From Batkoa obscura (lineage: Eukaryota), in NCBI GenBank assembly GCA_030770535.1, contig JASVEC010000015.1:558001-622000 (forward strand): a stretch of 64,000 bases of DNA. The letters run 5' to 3'. Position 1 is the stretch's first letter, and each line of letters starts with the position of its first letter. Of the stretch, positions 1 to 14,339 are shown one piece after another. Below the pieces are notes generated by a model that worked only from the letters and a program-made list of their open reading frames with translations, did not search any database and was not told where the DNA came from. The translations under genes and the position numbers were made by a program.

Positions 1-3000
1 TGTGTAGCAATGAGTAGACTCAACTATATTATTCTCCAAATAACTTTGACTGTTTAAATTAGTTAATTTAAAAAACTCTCCTAAGTATCCGGGATCATTA
101 ATGAAAATTCTGAGTTTCTTTTTATTTATTTTTAACTTTTATATATTAAATGTTTGAAAAAGATTTTAAATTTATTATTAAATCTGTTAAAGTATCCGAG
201 TATTTTAATTTTAATATTCGAAATTTCTATGGGGTAATTAAATAAATTGCGTATATTATTTCCAAATTAAACTTTATTGAAATGATCATATTTATTAGAT
301 TAAAGCATATAAATTCCCTTAAACAAGCTACAATTGTAATATATTAATGTTATGTAATTGGGTTACTTGACAAAATTTTAAATACAAAATTGTATAGTTC
401 GATTTAATAAAAATAAATTTAAAAAGCAAATAGCCAAAAAGAGATGGGAGAAATAAATTTCTTTCAAAGTAATTCATTTATTTTTAAGTGGTAGCATTTT
501 AATTAAAATTTATTTCAACTATCAAGTGAATTTTTGAGTTTGATTTTTAAAAAGAATCGACAGTTAAAATAAAGTATAAAGTGTTATAAATAAACTTTAT
601 TTTATAAAGCAAAAAAAGCTATTTTTGTTAACCCAATTACTACTTTCACTCATTTTTTTACATAAGAATAATTTGATAGTTAACTGTAAATGATTTAATC
701 TTTTATCAAATATTTTAATTTTATGCGAGTGATTAACCTTACTAATTATTTTTTATTTATATTTTAAGGAAAAATAATAAATCTACTAAATAAATTTATT
801 TCTTAAACTACTTGAAGGTAAAAATGAAGTATTGTTTCTAAGTCGAAATTTTAAACTAAGAGGAACTGGGTTAAAATCAAGTTAAAACTCAATTAATTTT
901 AAAATTTCCCTGATAACAATGTTTTTAATAAGCCCTTTCTAAAATTTTCATTAGGGGTCTAAGGGAAAAAATTTCCGCTCTATGAAACGAGCTTGCTCGA
1001 TTTTTTAATTCCGGCTTTTAACTTAATTCGAAAACAAATTTGAAGCTAAATTAGAATTAAAATTAAGTTAAATTTGTAGCAAATAACTTCACCGAATTTA
1101 AAGCTAGAAAATCAGAAAACCTAAATATCCTCAAACAATGAATAGATATTAGATAAAAAGGTTAACTATAAGGATGGTTAAATTCTTAAAGCATTAAATT
1201 AAAACAAAAATGATAAAGTTTTCAAAACTGTAAAATTAGCTACTAAAACATTAACACATGAGAGCAAACTAATTTGAGTAATTACCCCTATATTACAGAT
1301 TGGATTATGCCCATGAAGCTCAATCTTAAAGTTGTAAACTAAATTTTGGATTCCATTAAACTAATATATCCGGTGTAAATTACTATAATTATTAATTTCA
1401 TTTCATGTATTTGAATATTTTTAATATTCCACAAGTAAAGAATAAGAAAAAAAAAAGAAACAAAGTAAGCTAGCATTATTATTTTAGTACAATACAAAAA
1501 ACAATTTCAATTTAATGTTATTATCTTATATCCCTTATACTAAACATAATCTAAACTGCCGGCTAATACTTAAAATTATAGCTTTAAAAAAGCACCCAAC
1601 AAAACCTATTAGAGATGATAATAGGAATTTTACTATATAAAGAAATAGGACCAAAAATAGTCATCTTAGGCTTTATAACAATTTTACACTTTTTTCATTT
1701 TCTAATTTTACCTTAATGCCATCATCCCTTTATTGTAATGATTGCATTAATTATTTTAAAGTAAGATAACATCCGTGTTGTTTTGCCCTAGTCAAACTGA
1801 AACCTTCTTATGAATCTCTCGTTTAACCCTTGGCCAAGTCGTTTAACATCTTAACTGTTTATTATTGAGTTTATAGTAACTAGAAAAATAAGCTACTAAT
1901 TTGATAATAATATAATAATTTGATGTGAAATTATTTAAAATACAAAACTCCTTAAAATGAATTTTATTTCCTTGTTTTATTAATTCGATTATAATATTTT
2001 GAGCCTTTCATTTTAGTTCGTCTATCGACTTTTTTACTTTTGGGATTAAACTTAAGTTTTTATGGTGACATTAGTACGATTTTTAAAATACTTTAAATTG
2101 ATTAGCTCTTTTTTAAATTTTGGGCTAATCTATTAAATTTTTAATTTTATTATAAATTTTAATAAGAATTTGAATTAAAATAAACTTAAAATCGAATAGT
2201 TATTTAAAACAAAAGATAATAATTATAATTATTAATTACGCTTGAATTAAATTAATAATACATTATACCAATTAGAAGCTGCTTGAAATTTTAATTACTG
2301 TTAACTTTTGTCACCTATTCGATATCATACTTTAAAATAAATGAGATGTAGGCTAAATTAAGAAGATTTAATTTTATTATAAAATTACATATTCCAAAGA
2401 GATAGCAGTCTAAAGTTGAAGAAGTAGTTGATATAAATAATACAATAAAAGCACCCAACAAAGAAAGTAAAATATTATAAATCTTCTTAAAATAAAATAT
2501 AAACTATCAAATAATTTAGATATAATAAAAGACATAGTCCAGATTTTGACTTATTTTTAAGCATATTATCATAAATCAAATTGTTAAAGTTAATCAAAAA
2601 GTATTAAAAAAGCGCTTAAATTTACCATTATTGGTCTCGCTAAATAAATTGTTAAACTGAATCGAGCTGTCTGCTTTTTTTAGCAATTTTGCCTACACCC
2701 TTAGTGAGTGACCTATTATTGACTTTTTTATCAAGAGATTTAATATTGAGGGTGGTTTATAAAATTCAAAAACATTGAGCTTAAATTTTTCTTTGGATTG
2801 AAATGAGGTAATGAGTTATGCCAAACGGTCTGAGAACTAATTTCTATATTTAAACAGCATCCATAAGTAGTAATCACTATTCATTCTAGCTTAATATTAC
2901 TGGTATCCGAAAATAATCCAAAATCAAAGTGAATTTAAAAAGTATAAATAGTCTATTATTTCTTTCATTTATTTTAAAAAATTATAAATTCTATCTTCTT

Positions 3001-3058
3001 TTATAATTTATTTAGTATATATCCTCCGTTTCACTTTATTCTTATAAATTTATAAAAT

Positions 3059-3994
3059 ATGGATTATAATACCTACATCCCCAATACTACTATGGATAGC
3101 TATCATGCTCCACAACGTAGTACAATAAACTCTTACGAAACTATAACAATCAGTAACTCCCCATCTTCTTGGGTAGAAGATGGTTTCATAGAATCATCCA
3201 CCACTTTAAATCATAACATTGCTCCTGTACAAGATGACTTCAATCATTATTATGAGATGGACGCATATCATAATCATCCAGCAACAAGCTCGTTTGAAAT
3301 GAATAGCTATCAAGCTTACGATAATACCAACAATAATTTATACTATAATAGTCATCCTGCTAGTATGGTACCTATGTATTATAATAATAACGCTCAAGTA
3401 TCTTATCCTTTGGAGATGTCTTATGTACCTGTAATGACTAGTACAAGTACAAGTAATAATGAAAATATAATGAGTTCAACAATGACTAGTTATCCTATGA
3501 ATAGTACTATATCGAGCGAAAATAACACCTATTATAATAATAACATGCCATTAATCTTTAATCATGACTTAAGAGGAAGAGCCGAAAATTGGAATCACGA
3601 AGAAACAAATACATTTATACAAATTTTATTACAAAATAGCCATCAATTTCAAAACATTAGAAGGTATCCAGGTTTATGGACAGTCATTAAACAGAGCATG
3701 GAGAGTAAAGGATACAAGCGAAGCATAGAAAAATGTAAAAATAGATGGAAGGTATTAGTAGCCAAATATAAAAAATGTCATTTAGAAATGGTAAAATCAA
3801 CTCATCGTAAAAATTCAACACCTAGCTTTGAGTTCTTTTATCCTATCCAACAGTTACTATATCCTAACTATTCTTTCTCTCAAGAAGGTATTCAAAGAAA
3901 ATTTAAAACAACCCCAAAACCAAAAATTCAATCTCAAAGAGAAAACAAAAGCATGGCCACTTATCTCTTCCCTTACGCTACTTCAAAACCTTAA
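3059..3994 (+). CDS. Trihelix/Myb-SANT-like (GT-1 type) DNA-binding protein with low-complexity N/S/Y-rich N-terminus
   Basis: 311-aa ORF with W-x-x-EET...LW...M...GYKRSIEKCKNRWKVL..KYKK...FEFF, the Myb_DNA-bind_4/trihelix pattern; paralog at 42536-43351. Confidence 0.85.
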   Translation: MDYNTYIPNTTMDSYHAPQRSTINSYETITISNSPSSWVEDGFIESSTTLNHNIAPVQDDFNHYYEMDAYHNHPATSSFEMNSYQAYDNTNNNLYYNSHPASMVPMYYNNNAQVSYPLEMSYVPVMTSTSTSNNENIMSSTMTSYPMNSTISSENNTYYNNNMPLIFNHDLRGRAENWNHEETNTFIQILLQNSHQFQNIRRYPGLWTVIKQSMESKGYKRSIEKCKNRWKVLVAKYKKCHLEMVKSTHRKNSTPSFEFFYPIQQLLYPNYSFSQEGIQRKFKTTPKPKIQSQRENKSMATYLFPYATSKP

Positions 3995-6900
3995 ATTTTT
4001 AGCTTGCTACTCTTCCTATTTTTTATTTATCTCTTCATTAACCTCTTTTTAAAAAAAATAGTTTAATAAATAATCTTTTAAAAATTAATTAATAATCATT
4101 ATGATTTGTAGTTTTTTAAAATTTTATGGCAATAGAAACCGATATCTCATAGTTACAAGTTCCATCATTGATAAGAGACTATTATCTTATCCCTTTCATT
4201 CTATTTATAGGGTGTTTACATGGTTCTATTGTTGCTTTTATTGCCCAAGTCATTTCAACTGTAAGCCTGGTTAGAGTTAATACTAATTTTAAACCTGTTT
4301 TTTGAATCACTTATTGTTTGATACTTGTTTAATTTAAAGGCCGATATTTGAAAATATAAGTTATTATCTTCTCAAAATAAATCATAAAAAGATTATTTTA
4401 GTCAAAATAATATTCATTAAGTTATTTCACACCATCATCTTTTAACCCCACGTTTAATAAATACTAAATATATGGTAGTATAACTACTTTTGTGTAACTT
4501 AGTAGATTTCATAGAGGAAATATTTTGATTTAGATTTTCAAATTTTTATTTAAAATCGAACTTTTCGAAATCTATTTCCTGTATCTATCCGGTCCAGCTT
4601 TAATTTATTGAGAAAAATAAACCACCTTCCAAAAATTAAATCATCATCGAAGTCATACTTAAAAATAGCGTATCAAATTCTAAATAGAAACATTAGCTCT
4701 TTTCATTGGGTAAATTTTAAATGAAAGATGGCGCGAAAAGACTCGATAAATTGAACATTTCGACCTTTAAAAAAGCTGGTTATTTTAATTAACCTGCTTA
4801 TAACTATAAAATTGAAATGATTAATCATTCTTACAAATTACTTGAAGTTAAGTTTCTATGCTTTTTTAGTAACTTTATTTACTTTATTTACTTACTCAAT
4901 TTCATTCGTTATAAGGGTAGTATTTTTGTTTTATCTCTTTTTATTTAGTTTTTTATATTATATCTTTATAAATTAATAATAATAGTTAATCGCTTTTGCT
5001 ACAATATATTAGAAAATAAATTTTTAAATTATAAATAATACAAATTTAGTAATGGCTTAATATAAATTATTTACGAAAATACTAACTACGATATGAAATT
5101 TAGAATCGTACTATCTAACTATGAGATAATAGCAATTGTTATTTTGGTTACTATCATTATTATTTTCGCATCACCGTTTAATCAATACTATATAGTTGGC
5201 TTATTTAACTTGATTTTTGCTTGTTAGTAAACTATGTTTGAAATAGTCACTAGTATACTATTAAATGAAAGATTAATGAAGGCAGATATAAGAAATTATC
5301 AAATGACTTGCTATTAAATAAGAGGAATCGAAACATAAATAGCAAGGATAATGATCTAATGTAGATTTATAAAGGCATAGTCAAGATTATATAAGAGTTA
5401 TTATGTAAGTTATAAAAAGTAGTTTAATATCAAATCATGTCGAGTTTATCAAGTAAAAGTGGTTTAGGGGAAACTTTAATCTTGTTTATAGTATATTCCT
5501 ATACGAATCTATTTTAGATAAGAGTATGGGACAACCAAAATAAAAAAATAAGAAGTGGGTAAACAAAATGGAGCTATAAGTAGTAAGGGTTGAAATTTTA
5601 GATATCAATATCGAAGTAAACTTAACACCAGTTTATGGCTTTAAACTTTTAGCCAAAAATTAAAAGTTGTTTTAAATACAATCCTCATTTATTTTACGAT
5701 TCCTGCTCATACATATAAAAATATGTAAGTTTATACTTATACCTTTTTGTATATAACAATATAATATAATTACATTTAACAAAGTATTGATCTAACATGA
5801 AGGAAACAAAGTGAGGCTGTTGTCAAAGAGAAACCTAATATCAACGTAATGGCCGGGTTACTGTTGAAATTCATTAGTCAAGATATAGACAAATTAACCC
5901 ATAGATTTCAATGAAAGAACAAAACTGATATTTTTTTTACAGTCATGCGCATAACTCCCATTATTTTTAACAATGGTAAAAAAGCATCGCTTTTTTTAGA
6001 TGTTTTTGTTGGTGGTTGCCTTTTTTATTAAAATTAACGGTGTGCGTAATTTCAAATCATAAACTTTTTTATCCAAAATGCGCACTTATTATGCCAAGTC
6101 ATTTAACTTGGTAGCCTTTTTGAAAACAAAATTTTAATATTATATTTGTGTGCTAGTGGCATTGATTACCTTTTTAATAAACCCATTTATCGTCACTTAT
6201 TTTCATTAAAATTAGGTTTCAAATAGCAAATATTAACATTATACAATAAAATCTTAAACCTTTGAAGACTAAAAGGATTTTGGCCTATTTTATTTATTTT
6301 TCAAAAAATAGCACATTAGTTCAATCCAGTTACCTTAAGATTTAAGCTATCTTTAGGAATAAGACTATTTACTATAAGCATACCATCGTTTTATCAATAA
6401 TATTAAGTTTTAAGATTAGTCCAGATAGCTATGATAAAACGATTAACGTTTTATAGCCGTGTAAAATACTACATTTGTATTAATGCAAAATGAAGAAGAG
6501 CTATGAATTTTACAATTGAACTAAAGTCTAGACTTTTGATGAAAGATCAATGATTAAATTATTCTATTCTGAAAATAAGAAAATAAGTATTATTACTAAC
6601 TAAAAAGTTTATATTCGAGACATTAATACATTTCTTTGCTTGTTTACAGTTATAGTTATAAATTCTTTATAATAGTGTATTAAAAAGTTGCATACTTCTT
6701 CATTTGAGAGTTGGCTATTCTGGTAAAATCAACTGATTTAGTAAGCTGCACTATTAAATAATAAAGCATTAGTTAATGTTAGTACAAAAGTTAGTATAAA
6801 AATTAGTAAGTCAAATGAATTACTAAATTGGATCCCAGTTTATATATAATACAAATTCTTTAGCTTGCAGTTAGATAGTAAGCTTTATGATTTCATTAAT

Positions 6901-7374
6901 TTATTGAAAATTATTTTCTTATCGTTGATATTCACAGCTTCTAGTATTATCCTTTTTTTAGACAAATCTACTTTAATATTAAGCTGCTAGTTCGCTCGAA
7001 ATCATTTGCATTTTTTAATTCCTTGGCTCTAAACTTGAATGAGTTCATAAAATAAGTTCGATATTATAATTTATTTGGATTTAATATTAAATGACAAAAT
7101 TTCACTGGAACAGGCCAAGTGCTCTAAAGGCTCTGTATTATCATTCCAGTTTTAAATCCATTAGCCTTTAGATAAGCAAACGATATTATGCTATATACCA
7201 TCTACAAGTTTAAAAATAATACAGTTTCCTCTTAATTTTAGTATCATCAGTTTTAAAAACAATTAGCCGAAACTTCGAGAGCTAAACGTTAACTTTATTG
7301 TAAGATGATATTTGGATTAAATAATAAGGACTATACCATTTAAGTTTACAAATCGGAGTTTTCTTATATTTTCT

Positions 7375-7545
7375 ATATGGTTCATTGTAATATTCCAAAA
7401 ATGATTTTTTTACAATATTAAATGCGGTTCTTTACTATGTTTTACATAAAGTTTTTTTTTAATATTTTGAATCAGTTTTTTACAATATTTTAATATGGTT
7501 CTTTTGTATTATTATAAAGAGGATTTTTTATAATATTACAAATAG
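7375..7545. repeat. Degenerate ~22-24 bp tandem repeat (about 7 units)
   Basis: Recurring units such as aatatggttc...aatatt and gtttttttacaatatttt, seen by eye. Confidence 0.45.
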
Positions 7546-7705
7546 CTCAAATATTAATATTTGACATATTTATTCAATGGAATCTAGATTTGTTCAGAAA
7601 GATCTGAAATCATACAGTAACCATTTTAGTATCATACTTTATATCTATTAATAGATTAAGTGGATGTAGTTTTGTAATATTATTTTCATAAATTTTTTTA
7701 AATAT

Positions 7706-7802
7706 GAGAGATGCTTTTTTTGGTTTCATCACTTTTTCTATCTTTTAAGCGCTACTTGAGTGGAAAGATTGTTAGTAAAATTATAAACAAAAATACATCC
7801 AC
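7706..7802 (+). mobile_element. MITE family A copy
   Basis: Family core gagtggaaagattgttagtaaaatt..aaaatacatcc; flanked by atat/atat. Confidence 0.85.
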
Positions 7803-8551
7803 ATATAGTGAATGTATATTTTTAATGCTACAATAAAATTTGTGTATCCTATTTATAAATGCTATTTTTAAATTTTATCAAATTTCTATAAACCATAATT
7901 TATTGTTAACATTAATAATTAATTATTAGTTATTAATTGTTAATTGACAATAAGTAGAAAGTATTAGGGTTTAATTAAACTAAAAAATTGATTTATAAAA
8001 ACCCATTCCAAGTTTTTAGTTTAGTAAACAATCATGTTCAAAGTCAAATAATATGCTTGATAATTATAGAAAGAAGCGAACATTTAATTATATGGCACTA
8101 TATATAAAAATTTAATATTAATAAATCTTGAGTGAGCACACAAATATTAAGTTATGTGGTAATTTTTGTATATCATCACTTCCGTTTTGTAAAAATTAAA
8201 TCAATGGAATATTAAAACTACCCCACATTTGTGGTACTATTATCTTTTTGTATCTCAAATTTACTATTTTGGCTTAAAGCGTGTCAAGTTTCAAATTATT
8301 CAGAAGCTTATTAAAATTTGGTAGCTTTTTCTATCTGTCCGCTTATTTTGAATTTATTTTTTTATGCTACCTACCAGTTAGCGTGGTTGTTTCTCAGTTA
8401 AATGTTTGCGCATCCAGGATAAGCTATAATTAGATATTATCAACACTTATAAGATAAATGAAATGGTTGTGTATAAAGGATATACATTAAGTAATATCAC
8501 TTCTGTTATATTTTGATGGCATATTTTACATTTTAATTTTTTAATGAAAAT

Positions 8552-8656
8552 GGAGTAGGTTCTATTTTTTTGTTTAATAATTTTACTAACAATATTTCCA
8601 CTCAAATAATGATTAAAAAAGTGGAGAAAGTGATGAAATCGAAAAAAATATCCTCC
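8552..8656 (-). mobile_element. MITE family A copy (degraded)
   Basis: Reverse-complement core ttttactaacaatatttccactcaaata; eroded ends. Confidence 0.7.
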
Positions 8657-9530
8657 TATACTTAATATAGGCATTATTTCAAATTAATTTTAAGATTAAA
8701 GATAGTTAGCATATAAGCATTAAGGTAAAAGCAAGTAAATGAAATCTAATGAGTATGTCTTATAGGTCTAACAGTATATCTATGAGTTCCTCTAAGTAAT
8801 TATAAATCCTCACCAAAGTAAAATATATAAATACTTTTTTTATCAATAACCAAAGTGGCAACTTGATATTGTATCAATTTTCAATGTAGATCCCAAATTA
8901 GCCAAATTCATATAGCTTAAAATAAATATTAGGCTCAGATTTATTGAAAGAATTAATATAAATGTCAATTTTTAGTGCTATATTCAAAAATTTCTTGAAA
9001 TAATTATAAACTTCCATCAAAGCATAAATGGTTAAAAGCCTATACATCAAATAATTAAGGTGTAGTTTAATATCATCTCATTATCAAAGATTGCTTTTAA
9101 GTTAAGCAACTTTATGTATCTAGTTGAAGAATCAATAGATAGGCCTGCTTATTTTCTTTATCTAAAAAAACCCAAGGTACTTCATAAAGCAATCTGATCT
9201 TTTTTGTGGTGTAAGCCTTAAGGGTAATTAACTGCAACTATAAAACCAATTTTTGTAAATTTTGGCCTAATTATAAGAAATTAATTACGATCAAAAAAAT
9301 TATTGGTTAAACTAAATAGCTACAACACTCTCTACTATAATATTAATTTTTATTTTCTGAACATATATTTTATGATTAATTTATACCAAAAGTAAAATTA
9401 GAGTTTTTTAAATAAATAATAGTTCTTTATTAAAAATTTCAAATAAAACTATTATTATAGCCTGTGGCCTAATTTTTGCATAAATTAAAAAGATCAGATT
9501 ATTTATAAACTACTTTTTAAATAAACATAT

Positions 9531-9628
9531 GGGAGTGTTTTTTTTGACTTCATTATTTTTCCCATTTTTAAGCGCTATTTAGGTGGAAAAATTATTAGTA
9601 AAATTCTTAAACACAAAAATACAGCCCC
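9531..9628 (+). mobile_element. MITE family A copy
   Basis: gggagtgt...acagcccc termini; atat/atat TSD. Confidence 0.9.
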
Positions 9629-10289
9629 ATATTTTGTTTAACATAAACAAATACTATTTATTAATTACTATAATGACTATTTTAAGCTTTATAGCAATTA
9701 ATGGTATTCAAATAAAAAATAAAAAATAAATTTTTTATCTATAGCATGACATTATAATTATAAAATATACATTTTCTCATAAAACACTCAAGGTTTTTAG
9801 TAAATGAAAATCTTTTTTAAAAAGATACAGGTTGTTGCTTTTATGCTAAAAGTTAATTTATTACAAACTTTTTTATATAAAAAAATATTAAAATTTTGAA
9901 TTTTATTTAATATTATAAAATAAATTATTTTAGTTATTTCTTATAATTAAAATATAATATTTTAACTTTCCAATAAGCTATTTGTTAATTTAAATCAATA
10001 TTTATTTAATAAAATAGGGTTCTTAATTAAGTCCGAGTTGAATTTAACATAGTTAACAAATAGGGTAGCTTGAATATATAAACTTGTTAAAAAATAAAAT
10101 TTAATATCAAAATAATATTTTGACTTTCTTTAAGTATATCTAAAAATGATTTATTAAAAATTAATCACAATTAAAAAACAAGTTGATATTATATATATAA
10201 CTCAATTGTTAGTTATTTATCTATATAAGAAAAAAGTAAGTTGATTATATTATTTAATACCAAACAGTATGAATTAAACCATTTGTTAT

Positions 10290-10388
10290 GCGGGGGTTTT
10301 TTTTTGACTTCACTTTTTTCATCTTTTAAGAATTATTTGAGCGGAAAAATTGTTAGTAAAATTCTTGAACACAAAGATATATCATGTC
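10290..10388 (+). mobile_element. MITE family A copy (degraded ends)
   Basis: Core gagcggaaaaattgttagtaaaattcttgaacacaaa. Confidence 0.75.
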
Positions 10389-11125
10389 ATTCATAATAAA
10401 TAAATGCTACTCTAATTATGACATATCTATTTGTTCCAGTAATAAGTTATATCATTAAACTATATACTAATAATGCTACTTTTTTCATTAAAAGTAACAG
10501 ATCAATTTACCATCTATTTTAACATTAATATAGTATTTTTATAAATTAAATGGAATTGATAATAATATATTAATATTTTAGTAGCGAAGCTTTTAAGTTT
10601 AATTTAGGCATTTATTAATTAAAGTAACCGTTAAGGTGAATCTTGAAATCAAAAGTAAATTCAAAGTCAGCTATCTACCATAGTAAGTTTTTCAATTTAA
10701 AATTCATCATATTAAAAAATTAAGGTTTTCCATATTATTCAAATTAAATATACTTTTTTTATTATTTCTTGTTTTTAAAAGGTATCAAATATTGATTCTA
10801 AATTATTTAGCTGTTTTATCACCCTCCTAAGAATAACTATTAAGATAAATATAGTATAAAGATTTATAAACAGTTTTAAGAACATAAAAAAGATTAAATT
10901 TACCAAATTGATAATAGAAAAAAATACTTTTCTTTTAAAATACCTGCTTATAATCACTTTTTTTATAACTATTTTATAAAAATATTCCTATATTCTTATA
11001 TTCTTATATTCTTACATTTATAATGTTCTTGTTACAACTTTACGCTTATGGCATATGGTATATAATGATTTATATTTTACATAAACTTTCTTAAAACAAT
11101 TCCAAATTTCATTAAAGACGATAAA

Positions 11126-12066
11126 ATGCTATTCAATTTAAAAGCCAGAAAAACTCGAATTATTACCTTATTATCCTTTATCTTTGTATTATCAATTATC
11201 TTTTATAGTAGTTTTAGATCAAATCAAGTTGATGGTTTAAGTAAGTTTATAGGTTTTATTTAATACAAATAGTGGTACTAATAATTTTAGAAAAAAGAGT
11301 TTATGGCTATAAGCCTATCTCAAAGCAAATCTTTACAATCAAAAAGCCTGAAAAGATGATTCCACCAGATAACATTGCTAGTTGGACTATTAAAAATCCA
11401 GGTTATAATTTTACGGTCTATGAAGACAATAAAGTCGATGATATAGTTAAGCAACATATGTCTAAAGAAATTTATGAAGCATTTAATTCTTTGCCGTTAA
11501 AAATATTAAAAGCAGATTATTTTCGATATATTCAATTATATTTAAATGGTGGTATTTATACAGACCCAGATACAGTATGTAAACAAAGTATTGATTTATG
11601 GAATGATAATAATCAAGGAACTGAAATGATCATTAGTATAGAATCTTATCAACCAGATCCCGAATATAAATGTAATAGTGTAGGTGCGTCCGCTAGGGAT
11701 GTTCAATTTAGTCAATGGACAATAGCAAGTTCTAAAGGCCATCCTATTCTATTATCAGTGATTAATAAGATCAAGGATTTAAATAGTGAAATGGTGAAGA
11801 AAGATCAATGGACTTATTGTGATATCATGAATTGGACTGGACCTGGTGTTTGGACCGATGCTGTGTTAGAGTATTTAAATGTTAATGATAAAAGAGAATT
11901 TGATATTGCTACGCCTAAATTATTTAAAGGTGTTTATATCCTACCACTAACTGGGTTTAATTTTGGTTATGATGATCCTAATATTAATTATTTCGGTAAA
12001 GTGCTACATCAATTTTCTGGTTCTTGGAAAAATGAAGATTCATTAATATTTGTTAGAGAGGATTAG
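11126..12066 (+). CDS. Glycosyltransferase family 32, Och1/Hoc1-like alpha-1,6-mannosyltransferase (exons 11126-11240, 11291-12066)
   Basis: Exon 1 encodes a type II signal-anchor; GTAAGT..TTTTAG intron keeps frame; motifs ADYFRY..LY..GG.Y.DxD, QFSQWTIA, NWTGPG.W.DAV, HQFSGSWK. Confidence 0.9.
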
Positions 12067-13832
12067 TTGAATATTAATTTTTTTATAATATATGTAGTAA
12101 TTAGTTTATTATACTAAATTATAAATTGTTATTAAAAGGAATAGAAAGTTAAATTTACATTTTGTTTTATTAACAATTAAAATAAAAATTAACATAAAGA
12201 ATGATAGTTAATTAAAATAAAAATTTTAAATTGATTGCTGAAAATTGAAAATTATTTTAATATTTAGTATTTACTTATTATAAACATAAAGATATATACA
12301 TTTATAATTACATTAAATAACTTAATTCTATTATAAATAAAAGATTATAACCAAGCAATTGAATTCTAGTTTATAGTCTTAACATTATTAAAATGATTGC
12401 ATTAGCTGAGTTATCATATGAACTAGCTAAGTCAGTATTATAGCTGAAGAAATTAGATAGTAATGTAACAAATACATTGGGTATTCATAATAGTTATAGA
12501 AACCGGAAATTTGGTTGATATCAAAAGAAATAAATTAATCAAAATTTATTTAAAATATCACTTAAGTTAGCATTAGTGTTAGTGTTTATGTTATTATTAA
12601 AGGTTAATTAGGATTCTTCTTATTTTGAAAAAAAAAGAGCCTACTTTAACTATTTAAAGTTTTACTTTATAGTCTTAATCTTTGAGTGTTATGATATTAC
12701 AATATTACTTTTGTAAAAAGTAAACTATCTCATTTACAATTTCTTAAATTATGATATCACTTTATTTAAAAAAGCTCATATTTAAATTCCAACAATTTTT
12801 TTTGACTTTTTCATTTTTATCAAAAAAATTTATTATCATTTAAAAACTAATCTTTAATTTTAATAGGAATTAACTCATTCTATATTCGAAGAGGGCGTTG
12901 TTACAAATAGATGATATTATAGTACTTGAATATGGAAAAGTTATAATTAAAATTTATGGAAAAAGGCAGTGTATGGTAACACATATAAAAAAAAGGTAAA
13001 TATCTTTAAAAGTATATTCAATTTGACAAAGGTGATATTATTTTACTATCAATATTCTTTATTTATAGATTACTTCAAGGAGTATTGGATCAATAAAATA
13101 GAAATTTATGTATATATAACCTAAATAAATTAAAACTAAGAAATCTCATAATTTATAGCCGTATAAAAATAGAACTAGTATTCAAGATTATGGATACTCT
13201 ATTTTGATATATGAGTATGTAAGATTTCATTATCTGAATATAAAAATTTCATCATTATAACCTATTTTAATTTGATTTTGCTTCTAATTTATCATTTAAG
13301 ATACTTACCATTCTCAAATATGGATCTTATTTATACTATATTCTTAATATAGCTGATGTTTGTAAGTTCAAGAAGCTATTGGCATAATCTATAATCAATA
13401 TACTGTTTTAGATTTTGAAACAAGTTGATGATACTTTTTTACACTTTATATAAATAACATGAAATCAATCAGTTAATTTTATAAAAAAAAATTTATAGGT
13501 TGAAGTTTAATGTTATACAAATTTTTGAGGGATGAATATCGGTTATAAACTCAACTTCCTCTTGGCATTAATTAATTTACTTTTAGTTTATGGTGTTATG
13601 TCAGTTATTCATATCAAACATATGATATTGAACGAATAATATCAGAATATTGTTGTCTTAAGTAGTTGAACATTAAACCATCTAAATAAATCAAACTATT
13701 ATTTAACCTCTAAAAGAGTGAATCCTTGGCAAAGCTTAAATATTAAATTATTATTAGATAAATAGCGTTTATAAAAAAAAAGTATATATAACAAAGAAAT
13801 AATCAAGTAAACATTCAATTATTAAAATCAAC

Positions 13833-14339
13833 ATGTCTAAAGGATTAAGAATATTTTCAACATTATTGAACCTTATAGTAGGTATAACATTAGCAACAAG
13901 TATAGCTGAATCGAGTGATCCATATCGTCAATATGATTATTTTGGTCAAAATACTGTCATTTTAATCTCACGTTATTTATTAGCTCATTTTGTATTATTA
14001 TCAGAAATCCCATTATTAAAACCATTTTTTATTGAAAATTTTAAATTCTATATGTTCCCACTTGGTAGATGTTTCACCTATGCTTTTCTTGCTATTTTGT
14101 CTTTCAATACTATGTGGTATGGTATTGTTAATATATCTGTAGTTGCTTTTATTGCTTTGATTACATTGATTATCTCTCTTTGTTATAAAGGAAAGGAATC
14201 GCCTTATTTACCTATTAAAGAAGAGGAACTAACCAATAATAACTCAGAGTCCATTCTTCCTTCTTATGAACCTCTGGCTACTGATGATAATTTATTATCC
14301 ATCCCAAATGAAGTAGATATCAAAGTTGTGTCTAATTAA
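13833..14339 (+). CDS. Small multi-pass membrane protein, COPI-associated/TVP15-like
   Basis: 168 aa with ~4 hydrophobic segments; SE.P....F.F...P.GR...Y..L..L resembles the COPI_assoc motif; tandem paralog at 15768. Confidence 0.6.
   Translation: MSKGLRIFSTLLNLIVGITLATSIAESSDPYRQYDYFGQNTVILISRYLLAHFVLLSEIPLLKPFFIENFKFYMFPLGRCFTYAFLAILSFNTMWYGIVNISVVAFIALITLIISLCYKGKESPYLPIKEEELTNNNSESILPSYEPLATDDNLLSIPNEVDIKVVSN

Noticed and set aside
8447..8674. 75-aa ORF, and the similar 58167-58460 ORF, as a small protein family
   Set aside because: Their shared HYLSG.IVSKI text is translated MITE sequence
8700..9250. Possible decayed gene on the minus strand
   Set aside because: Coding-like composition but many stops in the frames I read, and no motif I can assign
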